A DNA stretch of 49,578 nt, the filler included, from Jimgerdemannia flammicorona (lineage: Eukaryota): the NCBI GenBank assembly GCA_003990765.1. It is 2 parts of 2 records of this genome, joined end to end, with 100 filler letters (N's around TTAATTAATTAA, not from the genome) between each part and the next. Parts side by side here need not be neighbours in the genome. Positions count along the whole stretch, not along the records: positions 1 to 24,739 come from RBNJ01000932.1; 1 more part is not named here. The stretch is one strand, 5' to 3'. A program made the position numbers and the translations under genes. This document shows positions 1 through 11,999 of the stretch, in pieces; position 1 is the stretch's first letter, and every line of letters begins with the position of its first letter. The notes below the pieces were generated by a model, which was given only the letters and a program-made list of their open reading frames with translations, was not told where the DNA came from and did no database searches.

Positions 1-437
1 ACCAGACAATTGACTTTTGCTTTGGTTTGTATTCAACTTTCGGACTGAGGTTTTATTCACTCTCGCCACTGGGGTAATTTATACAAGTTGGTTGCTATCT
101 GGTTACTATGTGGCTAATTATACATTTGCTATCTTTGGCAATGTTTGGGTGTGTCCTCTGGGTACAGGTGTGTCCACAGGACATGAGTGTGTCCGCAGGA
201 CATGAGTGTGTCCGCAGGACATGAGTGTGTCCGCAGGACATGAGTGTGTCCGCCGGACATGAGTGTGTCCACAGGACACAGATAAACAATCCTGATCTGG
301 TGTCTTGGCTAATTATAAGTATGGCGGGCATGAGTAACTATGATACACTGGAAGTCACATCATGCTGAGTAAGTATGCTAATTGTTCGTGTCATCTGGCT
401 AAGTTATAATTCGGGTAGTATGTTCTGGTCCGTTACA
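1..437 (-). mobile_element. Partial LTR (subfamily C) related to the LTR-A/B family; runs off the window start
   Basis: The minus strand begins TGTAACGG at 437 (LTR-A begins TGTGACGG). The reverse complement of 1-100 reads AACTTGTATAAATTACCCCAGT..GAGTGAATAAAACCTCAGTCCGAAA..CAAAGCAAA, matching the TATA/AATAAA core of LTR-A. The flank reads ATAC in element orientation. Confidence 0.8.
168..280. repeat. 19-bp tandem repeat (ACATGAGTGTGTCCGCAGG) x5 plus partials, inside the U3 of LTR-C
   Basis: Units at 181-199, 200-218, 219-237, 238-256 and 257-275, head to tail with no spacers. Confidence 0.95.
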
Positions 438-1280
438 GTATATATACTACCCACAAACTGATAAATAAACTGAATGAGCAAATCAGACTCTCAAGTAGAT
501 ACTAAGAAACTATATTTCTTACAAATAAGATAACTGAGAACAATATCTTATTTTCATAGAGTTTATCTATAATAACTTAGTATAAGACTCAACAGACTTC
601 ACATCTTTCAAGTTACTATATGGTCAAGATGTATAAACTTTATCCAGCCTACTTACTTAAGTTAAGAAAGAATTCTTTAAAGTTTCTACCACCTAAGATC
701 TCATTGATAATATGACTATAATGATTTAAGTTACTAAAGATAACTTGCTCAAGGCCCAGATATATCAAGACCCAGATATGATAAGTCAAATATACCAATA
801 CTAGAAGATAGGAGATTGAATTCAAGATTGGCAATTAAGTACTCTTATCTACTATAAACCTCAATTTGATATTCTAAGTCAACCACTCTTCCAAGAAACT
901 CTAAGCAAGATATATTAGTTCTTATGAAATACTTGAATAAATATCTTCTATAATATATAAGTTAATACTACTATAGAACATCTATATATATTCTGTCTTC
1001 TATATCTCTCTATTTAAACTATACTATAATAGTCTACACAAGTACCTGAACTAGACTCCTCAGTCATTAGCACCTCTTTTGATTAATAGTTATATTGAGT
1101 ATAAAGTTGAGAAGATTCTTAACAAATATATATATTATAATCATACTGAGTATCTTGTTAAATAAGTAGGCTATCCTGAGTATGACAGTACTTAAGAATC
1201 TATTGAAAATCTCAAGAATACCCAACAAGCTCTCTATGAATACAAATATTGAGAACAATATTCTCTTTCAAGTAAAAGAG
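438..1280 (+). pseudogene. Heavily decayed 3' end of a chromoviral Ty3/Gypsy pol (integrase C-terminus, GPY/F, chromodomain)
   Basis: Hand translation gives PQTD..TE.ANQTL (~450), ST.FT.FKLLYG (~590), SKKL.ARYI..YEILE (~890) and chromodomain-like EYKVEKIL..EYLVK*VGYPEYDST*E..ENL (~1097-1215). A purine tract followed by TGT lies at ~1273-1284. Confidence 0.75.
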
Positions 1281-1589
1281 AATGTAATAATCCTTTATAT
1301 TCTATTTTTTTTTGCTAAATTATTATTTTTTTCTTTATCATATTACTTAGTAGAATATTCCAGAATAGCTTAGAATAGTATGAAATTACTTAGTCATTTG
1401 CTAAGAATCTGTTTCCTAAATAGTTCTGTTAATATTCTATCAATTATTAATCAATACTTAATAACTCTCTGTAATATTCTACTAAGTTTTGCCCAGTATG
1501 ACTCATTGCTCAGCATCCAGCTTAGTAATATTCTATCTGTTTCTTCTTCTTTCTATTTCTCTTATATAAATACTCTCTCAAAATATCTC

Positions 1590-2820
1590 AATAAAGCTCA
1601 GTCTAGTTAGTTATTATATAATCACTCAAATCTCCTAAAGGTAATTGAACTTCTCAAGTTCTATTTCTTAAATTTAGTTATATATTTCTATTTGGACATT
1701 TGCTAATATATAGTCTAAGTCTTAGATCTCATTTAACTTAACTATATTGAAGCACTTTTATACTTCAATAAGTGTAATTATTCTCTACAATATATATATT
1801 TATCAGTTCTAGCTCAAGAAAAATCTAATCAATAGTACTATATAATAGCTTATATAAGCTGAGCTACTAACCAATTATAGTAGTACTAAACTGGAATATC
1901 TTATAGTAATATGAGTAGTTATTCTATTTAAACACTATCTTATTAGAAAAAGATTCACTTTAATAACTGACCATATTACTCTAAAATGGCTATTTACCTA
2001 TATGAAACTTATTAAAATTCTTATCTGCTAAATTCTTATTATAAGATTACAAAATTATCATTATCTATAAGGTAAGAAAAGCTCACAACAATATTGATAT
2101 ACTTTCTTGCTAACTCTAATAAACTAGAAGAAGAATATACTAAGAAACTATACTCTAAAGAAAGCTTCTATAACTATCAAAATATAAGAAGACCTTATCT
2201 GAAAGAATATCAGAAAGTCTATCAAGAATAGGCAAATATAGAAGAAAAACTATAAATAATATATCAATATTGGCTCAACCTCAGAACATAAGTCAGAGAT
2301 ATACTCAAGAAATATAATATCTACCAGAAGTACTAAGAAAAGAAGAACTACTAAGTACTACTATAATCAATTATACTACTAGACAATATCTTTCAGAGAT
2401 AGAGAGTAGATGTTATTAGACTCCTATTAGTTATACTAAGAAGGAATAAATATATTCTAATATTTGTAGAATATCTAACTAAATGATCCAAAGCTTTTCC
2501 AATAAAAGTTGCTGATACCTTAACTATTATTAGTCTTCTCTATGATCTCATACTTAGATATAGACCCCCAGAAGAATATATTTCTAATTGAGGCACAGAA
2601 TTCATTAACAATATAATCACAAGTTATATCTGAATTCACATCTCAATAAACTATATTATATTACTCTCAAATCAATAGTATGATAGAATGAATGAACTAG
2701 ATTATTAAGAAAGAACTTGTCCAAGTCAATCCTATTAACTAAGATCTCTACTTATCTGAGATTCTATGGGAAATTCAGAATACTGAATATTATCAACTAT
2801 ATTGAAGTCTTGTTTTCTGA
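1590..2820 (+). pseudogene. Heavily decayed Ty3/Gypsy RNase H-integrase relic (a different element)
   Basis: VLAQE..IAY, NYSSTKLE and FKHYL..KRFTLITDH (~1805-1975), then NKYILIFVEYLTK*.KA (~2445) and GTEFIN (~2592). Confidence 0.75.
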
Positions 2821-2934
2821 GAAAGAGAAGAGTCACTAGAATGGAGTAATTTAGATACTGAAGAAGAAGGTGGTATAGATATAGATACTGAAGATACTTA
2901 TAGATATTATAATGATAACTAAATTATAGTCTAT

Positions 2935-5145
2935 AAAGGACATAACTACTGAATAGTAATTACAAAGTTTGCCATCTGGTCTATATATAATAATACTACT
3001 ATAAAATGTGTTCATAATTAGTTACCAAATAAAAATTTTATCTAAACAATTTTATAATTACAAATATTATCTTTTTCCTACTACAGATAGTCTGTGAAGT
3101 ATCCATGACATATATCTATAATATAGAACTGCTTTCACTTTATAGAAGAAGTCTTTTTTAGTCTCTTTGGAAGTCCTTTTAATAATCAGAAAATATACAA
3201 TTACTGGGAATATATTTTGTAAGTATTTGCACTGAATATATTTAGAGAGATTACTAATAAAAATATATAGCATATATATTTTAGTATATCTAAGCAGATT
3301 ATAATATATTTGGTCAATCTCAGGTAATATCAGGATTACTATTATACCAAGTGAGAGTTTTTTCTATAGTTTAAAAAAAGAATTATAGTTTGCAAACAGT
3401 GAGTATACTGACTGATCACTTGTAAACTTAAAATTAATTATTATTTTACCTATATTTGCTATCAAAAATTACTCTAATGTATCTCAGAGTACCATCTGCA
3501 GTATAGTATTTCTCTGCTTTAAATTTCATATTGTCCTTGAATAAAGTATTTTACATTAGCTTATACAGAATAGTAAGTAGATCTTAATAGAATAGTATAT
3601 ATTTACTAATTTAAGTTTTAGATAATGTGACGGTACAGCCAAATTTGGAAGAAGGAAATAGGGAATAGACACTTGATCGCACCCATTCCCAAAGTAGTAT
3701 AGCCTCATAGTTAGCAGTCCTCGATTTCGACATTGTCTAATTTCTTAGACATTATCCAAATCGAATACCCCGATTTAGCATAGCATTTAGACATTGTCTA
3801 AATGTTTTGACAAAGTCCAAATGACTCATTTATTACTTAGCCACCCTCTCATAGCTAGCAAACTTGTATAAATAACCCAGTATCTTCGAGTGAATAAACC
3901 TCAGATCGAAATAGTTCAAAGCAAAGAGATAGCAAAGAAACTAGTAAGCCTGCGGGCAGATATACTTCGAACTCACCCACCCTCCCCTGCAACTTCAAGA
4001 AGACTCTGTGAGAGTCAGAACAGTCAAGTTTTCAAGATACAGAAATCCAACGTACTTTCAAGAGTAAGTGTCCGCTACGTTACAATAAATAAGTAATATT
4101 AAAAACTTTATAATTGAAGGACTAATTTAAAAAAGAGAATTACTGAATGTTTATTGATTTAACAGATACATTAACTGTTTAATTATATATCACTCTATTT
4201 TTAGTTACTATATCTAAAATTTTTATTATCTCTCTTGAGTTTATAAACTAGAGGGGTCTGTTTGCTATTAAAATTCTTTTATCTATAAATATATTAAGAA
4301 GTTCATCTGCAACCTTTTGAGATATATTTTCACTTCAAAATAATAGATTTGTGAACTAAATTTCTCTATCATTCTTCTAAGAATATAAAGAATAATTTAT
4401 ATCAGTTATAGATATTTATCTGAGTTTAGAAATAAATTTGTTATACTGTATATACTTCTTTACTATTGATAATCTAACTATCAGTTGGTTTATAGATAAT
4501 ATAATTCTTATTGAACTCCAATATAGTAGATAGACTTCTCTGATCTTAAATTGAATTATTATTCTCTCTAAATAATTATCTTTTCTCTTAAATTAAATTG
4601 TCATTTTCACTGAATAATGAGCTTTTCTATTCTTAAATTGAAGATAATTACTACTGATATTATCTTGAATTATATATATATTCTTAGTATAATTATCTGA
4701 AATCTTTTAAGTTTATTTATATAGATTGCTCAAACTTAAAATATATGTGAAATTCAAGGTTAACTTATGAACTATAGATGAATTCATAAATAATAATAGT
4801 ATAATATTAAAGTTACTAAAATCTTAATAATCTGAAAATTCAAGGATAGACTTATCATTCTGATATTGTGTAAGTATATCATATATATATCTTATAGATA
4901 TATTAAGTCAATTCTGAGGCAGATTTGTACTTTAGATTGCAATATAAGCAAGAAAGCTTTATATTAATATTAGATTTAAAGTAGAGAAGGATTTGAAGGA
5001 TAATATGAATTTTAACAGTAAGTTTATAATCATGAAATATATTGATCTAAAATGAAATTCTTTATCTGATTGATTTTACACTTTTGCCCTTACTTAATAT
5101 ACTTACTTAGTATATATTTACTTGATATACTTGCTTAATATATAC
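2935..5145. repeat. Unclassified AT-rich dispersed repeat 'X', copy 1 (interrupted by the solo LTR at 3626-4084)
   Basis: Colinear with 27810-28058 plus 36790-38340; differences are mostly transitions. Family not identified. Confidence 0.8.
3626..4084 (+). mobile_element. Solo LTR, subfamily A (459 bp)
   Basis: TGTGACGG...TACGTTACA termini, near-identical to 5146-5621, with a 4-bp TSD ATAA (3622-3625 / 4085-4088). The empty-site paralog is at ~37215-37235. Confidence 0.95.
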
Positions 5146-5621
5146 TGTGACGGTATAGTCAGATTTGGAAGAAGGAAATAGAGAATAGATACTTGATCGC
5201 ACCCATTCCCAAAGTAGTATAGTATTATAGTTAGCAGTTCTCGATTTCGACATTGTCTAAATTCTTAGACATTGTCTAAATTTTGGACATTATCCAAATT
5301 GAATACCCCGATTTAGTATAGCATTTAGACATTGTCCAAATGTTTCGACAAAGTCCAAATGACTCATTTATTACTTAGCCACCCTCTCATAGCTAGCAAA
5401 CTTGTATAAATAACCCAGTATCTTCGAGTGAATAAACCTCAGATCGAAATAGTTCAAAGCAAAGAGATAGCAAAGGAACTAGTAAGTCTGCGGGCAGATA
5501 CACTTCGAACTCACCCACCCTCCCCTGCAACTTCAAGAGACTCTGCGAGAGTCAGAACAGTCAAGTTTTCAAGATACAGAAATCTGACATACTTTCAAGA
5601 GTAAGCATCCACTACGTTACA
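5146..5621 (+). repeat. 5' LTR of element A
   Basis: TG...CA termini, U3 tandem GACATTGTCTAAAT-like repeats, TGACTCA, TATAAATA and AATAAA. Confidence 0.95.
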
Positions 5622-5624
5622 ACT

Positions 5625-5646
5625 TGGTGTCCATTGGCTGGTAATT
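5625..5646 (+). promoter_or_regulatory. Primer-binding site
   Basis: TGGTGTCCATTGGCTGGTAATT lies 3 nt after the LTR end and starts with TGG (complement of tRNA CCA). Element B has the same position and similar sequence at ~13619. Confidence 0.75.
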
Positions 5647-5735
5647 CAAGGCAAATCCCTCAATTTCAAGCTGAACAACAAATAACTACCACTATCCAAA
5701 CAACCATACAAACCAAGTCCCAATACCCAGACAAG

Positions 5736-8700
5736 ATGGATATGAGACTGCCAGTATTCCATGGATATACCTCAGATGAATCAATCATCACCTTTATTGA
5801 TGATTTCGAGCAGTATGCTGCCGTAAGGACTCTGACAGCAGCACAGCAAGTAGCCCTCATGCCCTTCAGCCTACAAGGCCCTGCCAGAGCAGCATTCACA
5901 GCCACAACCCATGTAGGAAATGATGCCGATGCTGTACTGACAGCACAGAAGACCTGGCTCCGAAATACATATTACACAGATGAGATCAAGCAAGCTCTGA
6001 AGGATCAGCTCAACACAACGTGCCAAGGAATGAGTGAGGATCCAAACACATTCTATACCAGAATTCGATATCAGATAATCCTTGCAGATTATGCTGCTGC
6101 TACTCAAGATCAAGTAGCTGAAGCAACCTTCATGAAAGGAGTCCATCCAGAAATAGCCATGGCCATCTGCTCATCACCAGTGATTCTGGATCTGCCACAA
6201 AGGGTCACCTATGCTCAGCGATACTGGATAGCCAGACACCCACAAGACCATACAATGGAGAGAGTTACAGGAGTCAGAATCGAGGCACCCAAGGCAACCA
6301 GTGTGATCCCCACTACAATGATCAATCAAAACACACCTTAGCCAAAAGCTACCGAGCAGCAAAAGAACAGCGACCCTATGGAGGAACTTGCCAAAAGGTT
6401 TGCTGAAATGACTGCCCACCTAGGAGATATGGTAAAGGAAATCCGAGGAAGAGATTGCTGCCCTGTTCAGAAGTTTGCTACCACCTCAGATAAGAAGAAA
6501 GGTACCTGCTACAGCTGCGGAGAAGAAGGCCACTACTCCTATGAATGTATGAGTGAAACCAAATGCAAGGCTCAACCAAGCAATGCCACATGAAACAAGG
6601 AGCAGGCCAATACAATCACCTTTGAAGAAATCGGAGAATCTGATGAAGAAGAATGAGAGACCTATCCTACTCAGACCACCAAGAAGGATGTTCACAAAGA
6701 ACCCTACAAGAGACCACCAGGAAGACCCAAGAAGAACCCAGTGGAAAAGCAGATGGAAACTGCTACAGAAAGTAAAACCGAAGAGATAGACCAAGATATT
6801 GAGCTGGAGCAAGCAGTTCAAGATATCATCCAAGGGACTACTCTAGCCAGCAAAGGAGAAAAAGAAAAGAAGCTTCGCAAGACCAAGACCTTCAAGTATG
6901 ATATCTTCAAGGATCTCAGTCAACAAAAGGTCAATACAACCTTTGGTCAGCTTGCAGAAATCCCAACATTCAGACAGCAAATGAGGTTTGGACTTGCCGA
7001 AACAACTAAGGAACAAAGATGGAAGATAACCGAGGCCAATAATGTTCAAGAGGACTCAGGAGAAGAAAGTGAGGATAATCGCAAAACCTCTGCTTATGCA
7101 ACATGCCAAATTGAGGATCGAGTCTTTGAAGCCATCATTGACACAGGAGCAGGAGGATGTCTCCTCAGTAAGAAGGCAGCAGACCGCCTAGGTTGGGATG
7201 TGGAAGAAGCAACTAAGCTAGTATTCATCACAGCTGATGGCATAAGAGCCACATCTCTGGGAAAGATCTGAGATGTTCCCATCAAGATCGGAGGAGCAAC
7301 AATCCTAGTAGATGTAATCGTAACCAATGCCACCAACTATGACATCCTCATTGGCAATCAATGGCTTCACAAAGCCAAGGCAGTAATCGATCTCAATGCT
7401 CAGAAGATGCAGATCACCTACTGGGGACAGAAGATACGAATTCCCATCAACATCAACAAAGGAGTCCTGCTCGATATGGAGGAAAAAGAGAGCAAGCAAG
7501 AGGAAGCTTATATGGTGACTACCCCTAAGAAGAAGAAAGTTGGATAAATGAGTGAAGAAGAATGGTGCAAGAAGATCGCAGAAGGTTATGCCCCACAAGG
7601 AGTCTGTCCTCATGGAATCAAGATGTACTGTATGGAGCATGTCAATGATTGCTACCAGTGCACCATCGGAACCAGGAAGATCTACCAGGAAAGAAGCCAG
7701 AAAGCTCTCGAAAAACAGACCATGGAAGAAGAGAAGGAGGAAGATGATGAACCACCAGCCCTCCTGGAGGACAGTGATGATGAAGAAGAAATTAAGGTCA
7801 AGATTTGAAAGATCTACCCTAATGCAGTCTTGCCAGAATACAAGTCAGAAAACACAGCCAGAATGGACATCACTATAGTAGAAGAAACTGTACTTGAACC
7901 CCAGACAACCACCCTACTCGCAACTGGACTAGAGATGACCATTCCAAAGGATCATGTCAGGATTCTCAAGACAAGAAGCAGCCTGGCTAGAAGTGAAATC
8001 ACAATTGAAGGAGGAGTCATTGATTCAGACTATACTGGAGAAATTCTACTCATTGCTAGGAACCACAACCCTACAATTCCATTCCCAGTCAAGAAGAAGG
8101 ACCGATTGGCACAGATGTTGATCTTCCCAATCATACAGCCAAGGATCATAGAAGTCAAGAATCTGGAGGAAACAAAAAGAGGAAAGAAAGGATTCGGATC
8201 CACAGGAAGAGGAGTATTCACCAGCACCAAGATCACTGAACTCGAGCATAAGAAGGAGGAAAACATGAGCAAGCACAGTTATACCATTGGAGACGAATTC
8301 CCACTCAAGAAGGAACTCAAGAAAATACTCCACAAATTCAAGGATGTTCTTGCCATGGATTTCAAGGATATCAAGGGAAAGACCCCACACTACTATCATG
8401 AGGTAGATACTGGAGACACCGAATCAATTTATCAGAAAGCAAGACCTGTCCCGCCAGCCTACTAAGAATGGCTCAGAGAAGAAATCAAGCAGATGGAAGA
8501 AGCCAGTATCATCAAAGAAGCCAGCAGCCCCTGGTCTTCACCAGTTGTACTAGCCCTGAAAAAAGAAAGCAAACCTGGAGAATTTGCCCCAAGGCTCTGT
8601 GATGACTACAGAAAGCTCAATGCAGTCACCAAGAAGGATCGCCAACTACTGCTGCTCATCAGTGACATCCTTATAACACTGGGAGACGAAGCACAGTACT

Positions 8701-9713
8701 ACAGCACCTTGGACTTATACTCAGGATTCCACCAAATCGGACTCACAGAAGTGGCAAGTGAAAAGTCAGCCTTCATCACCCCAGACAGAATCTACATCTA
8801 CCTACAAATGCCATTCAGAATGTGCAATGCACCAGCAAGCTTTCAGCGAATGATGAACAAAATCTTCCACTATGACATGGGAAGATAGATGATGGTCTAT
8901 GTTGATGATGTAATTATCTACAGCAAGACGGCCAAGGAACATCTGCAGCATATACAGCAGATAATGGAGAGACTAAGACAACATGGCCTTTATATCAAAC
9001 CCAAGAAGTGCAAGTTTGCAGAAATCGAGATCTTCTATCTTGGCCATATCATCAATTGAGATGGAACACACATAGACCCCCTCAAGATATAAGTGGTAGC
9101 AGCATACCCAAGGCCCACTACTGTCACAGAAGCCCAAGCCTTCATGGGACTTGCCTCCTACTATTGCAGATTCATTAGAGGATTCTCCAACATCGCAGAC
9201 CCAATCTACGAACTCAACAAGAAGGATACCAAGTTCCAGTGGACTGGCAGACAACAAAAAGCATATGATAAACTCAAGGTCAGACTAACTCAGGCACCCA
9301 TCCTTAGATGACCCAATTGGACTCAAAAATTTATCCTTCAGACGGATGCAAGTGCATAGGGACTAGGAGCAGTCCTAGCTCAAAAAAAAGACAAAAAAGA
9401 GTATGTCATTGCATATCTTAGTTGTGGAACCCAAGGGACTGAAAAAGAATATGAGTCCTATAAGTTGGAATGCCTTGCAGTCATCTGGGCTGTAGAAAAG
9501 TTCCACTACTATCTGGCCGGAAGACACTTCACCATCCAGATGGACCACTCAGCTCTCACCTGGCTACTGACAACTGGACAACCCAAGGGAATCTATGCCA
9601 GATGGATAATGAAGTTATAAGCCTATGATGTAACCATCATGCACCACCCTGGAAGAACAAATTCCAATGCAGATGCTCTCTCACGGACACCTCAAACTAC
9701 CTCCAACCAATAA
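5736..9713 (+). pseudogene. Gag-protease-dUTPase-RT-RNase H polyprotein, single frame with premature stops
   Basis: All ORF fragments (5634, 6378, 6741, 7548, 7830, 8493, 9093) share one frame. Motifs: zinc knuckle CYSCGEEGHYSYEC, protease IIDTGAG, RT SPWSSPVVL / DYRKLN / LDLYSGFHQI / YVDD, RNase H LQTDAS.GLGAVL / DHSALTW / NADALSR. Confidence 0.93.
7790..8210 (+). pseudogene. dut: dUTPase domain between protease and RT
   Basis: Trimeric dUTPase motifs TRSSLA, GGVIDSDYTGEI, DRLAQML and RGKKGFGSTG. Confidence 0.93.
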
Positions 9714-9720
9714 ATCAATC

Positions 9721-10914
9721 ATGAATAAGGAGCTCTACTATGGAATTATCACATACCTGGGACAGCGAAAGATGCCCCAACATCTGGAAGAATGGACACA
9801 AATGATTATCAACAGAACATGGAAACAATTCGAAACTGACAGAGAAACACTGAAGAAAGGAAAACTACTAGTTATACCAGAACACAAGAAGGAGCAAGCA
9901 ATGAAATCAGTACATGAACTTGGCCATCTAGGAGGAACAAATACATACGACAAGGCAAGGAGAACAATATGGTGGCCAGGGATAGAGGAAGATATCAGAC
10001 AATTCGTCAAGACCTGTGACAAATGCCAGAAACAGAAACAAGACCAACGAAATCAAGCCCCAGGATCAGCACACATAGAATCAGTACCATTCGCCCACAT
10101 TGCAATGGATGTAATCAGCCCCTTACCCTTGACTTTGACTGGCAACTGATACATCATTGTCATTGTAGACCTTTTTACAAAGTGGATAGAAGTGGGACCC
10201 CTTATGGAAGCCAATGCACAGTCAATCGCCGATTTCTTCTACAAGGAAATCATCTGCCAGTTCAAGACCCCAACACAAGTAACTACAGATAGAGGAACCG
10301 AATTCATGAACCAGTTCTTTGAAGTTCTCTACAAGAAGTACAAGATCCAGCACATTCAGATCACAGCCTATCATCCTCAAGGAAATGGACAAGTAGAAAG
10401 GACCAATAAGACCCTCAAGAATGTTATCACCAAGATCTGTGATAACTACAAGAACTGGGATCACTATCTGCCAATAGCATTATCTGCTCTCCGGGATATC
10501 CAATCACAAAGCACCCACTTTATCCCTTAAGAAATGCTGTTCGGAGAAGAATGTTCTCAAGGAACCCTATTATCCAATGCAGATGCTGTATGGAAACATA
10601 TGGACATTGAAATATGGAGACTACACCAAATCAGGAAGAAGGCTGAGGATTATATAACCAAGGCACAGACACTACAATGGAGGAATGTGGAAAAGACCCA
10701 CAAGCCCTTGGAGATTATCAAGATAGGAGACAAGGTCCTGATGTATCGGAACATGGTAGAAGCTTCATGGTCACGAAAACTGGAGCCTAAGTGGGAAGGA
10801 CCTTACCTTGTGCAAGATATAAAAGGGACCACCTTTTGGCTACGAAAACCCTCAGGCATAATAATCCCCACCACCATTCACCGAAACTGACTCAAGAAAT
10901 ATCATGACCAGTAA
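9721..10914 (+). pseudogene. Integrase encoded as a separate ORF, with premature stops
   Basis: Own ATG at 9721 in a different frame from RT-RH. HHCC (HELGH...CDKC), DDE (MDVISP, TDRGTEF, GQVERTN) and GPY/F (KLEPKWEGPY); no chromodomain. Confidence 0.9.
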
Positions 10915-11365
10915 CAAAAGTACTGCAATGGCACTCAAGATCACTAGTGCTGCCCAAAGAGCCATTGAAAGACAATAGCACACCACCAAGCCTCCAACCA
11001 TAGAGCCATACTATGAGAATATTCAGAGTATTGTGCAGACTCATCTCTCTCGGATCTTGCACTTCAGAGCCTATCAATATTGGGCAGAATTCCAAGAGTA
11101 CTTCAAGCTTGGACAGGTGCTCAATCAGGATCCAGCAAAGACCAAGGAGGACTGGATTGCTGAGTGTCAACTCTCCCACTTACAGATCACTATTGCCAAA
11201 AGGATCCATAAGTTATTCCGAGAAGATGAAGCAGCGATAGACCACCTGAGAGGAGTAACCCCTACTGACTTCGAGAAAGTGAGAAGACATCATTGGGAAA
11301 CAGTCATGCAGCAAATCACACAGTACAAGACCATACAGACCATTGAAGCCTAGGAGTTTGAATAG
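10904..11365 (+). pseudogene. Third ORF (~153 aa, unknown function) between integrase and PPT
   Basis: ATG overlaps the integrase stop (ATGACCAGTAA) and there are two internal TAG codons. The homolog in element B (17837-18297) is conserved at the protein level with many synonymous changes. Confidence 0.8.
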
Positions 11366-11391
11366 ATGTCTCAGGGATGAGACCATCCATT

Positions 11392-11402
11392 CAGGAGGAA
11401 GT
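11392..11402 (+). promoter_or_regulatory. Polypurine tract
   Basis: AGGAGGAAGT immediately before the 3' LTR; the equivalent in element B is AGAAGGAAGT. Confidence 0.75.
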
Positions 11403-11878
11403 TGTGATGGTACAGTAAGATTTGGAAGAAGGAAATAGGGAATAGACACTTAATCGCACCCATTCCCAAAGTAGTATAGCATTATAGTTAGCAGTCCTCG
11501 ATTTCGACATTGTCTAAATTCTTAGACATTGTCTAAATTTTGGACATTATCCAAATCGAATACCCCAATTTAGTATAGCATTTAGACATTGTCCAAATGT
11601 TTCGACAAAGTCCAAATGACTCATTTATTACTTAGCCACTCTCTCATAGCTAGCAAACTTGTATAAATAACCCAGTATCTTCAAGTGAATAAACCTCAGA
11701 TTGAAATAGTTCAAAGCAAAGAGATAGTAAAAGAACTAGTAAGCCTGCGGGCAGATACACTTCGAACTCACCCACTCTCCTCTGCCACTTCAAGAGACTC
11801 CGCAAGAGTCAGAACAGTCAAGTTTTCAAGATACAGAAATCCGATGTACTTTCAAGAGTAAGCATCTGCTATATTAAA
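11403..11878 (+). repeat. 3' LTR of element A
   Basis: Direct repeat of 5146-5621; the terminal CA is mutated to AA. Confidence 0.93.
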
Positions 11879-11999
11879 ATATATAAAAGACTATATTATA
11901 TAGATAAGTAGTATAACTATGAAATAAAAGAATAGATCAATATTTTTATAATAATAGCTTTATTTTTATATTATAAAATAGATAATTATATATATATAT

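Larger units (their letters stand above)
5146..11878 (+). mobile_element. Full-length dUTPase-bearing Ty3/Gypsy LTR retrotransposon (element A), inactivated by point mutations
   Basis: 476-bp LTRs (5146-5621, 11403-11878), PBS, PPT and domain order gag-PR-dUTPase-RT-RH-IN. Flanks are ATAC/ATAT (imperfect 4-bp TSD). Confidence 0.95.

Noticed and set aside
168..280. 19-bp array as CRISPR or telomeric repeat; ORF 95-331
   Set aside because: Head-to-tail units without spacers inside an LTR U3; the ORF is a by-product of the repeat.
5736..11365. Alternative genetic code or programmed readthrough explaining in-frame stops
   Set aside because: Most stops differ between A and B and align with sense codons in the other copy; the host gene uses a standard TAG stop.
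10904..11365. ORF3 as a retroviral envelope protein
   Set aside because: Too short, with no evident signal peptide, transmembrane helix or fusion peptide.
5666..11449. Antisense ORFs over element A and the LINEs
   Set aside because: Shadows of purine-rich coding strands with no recognisable motifs.
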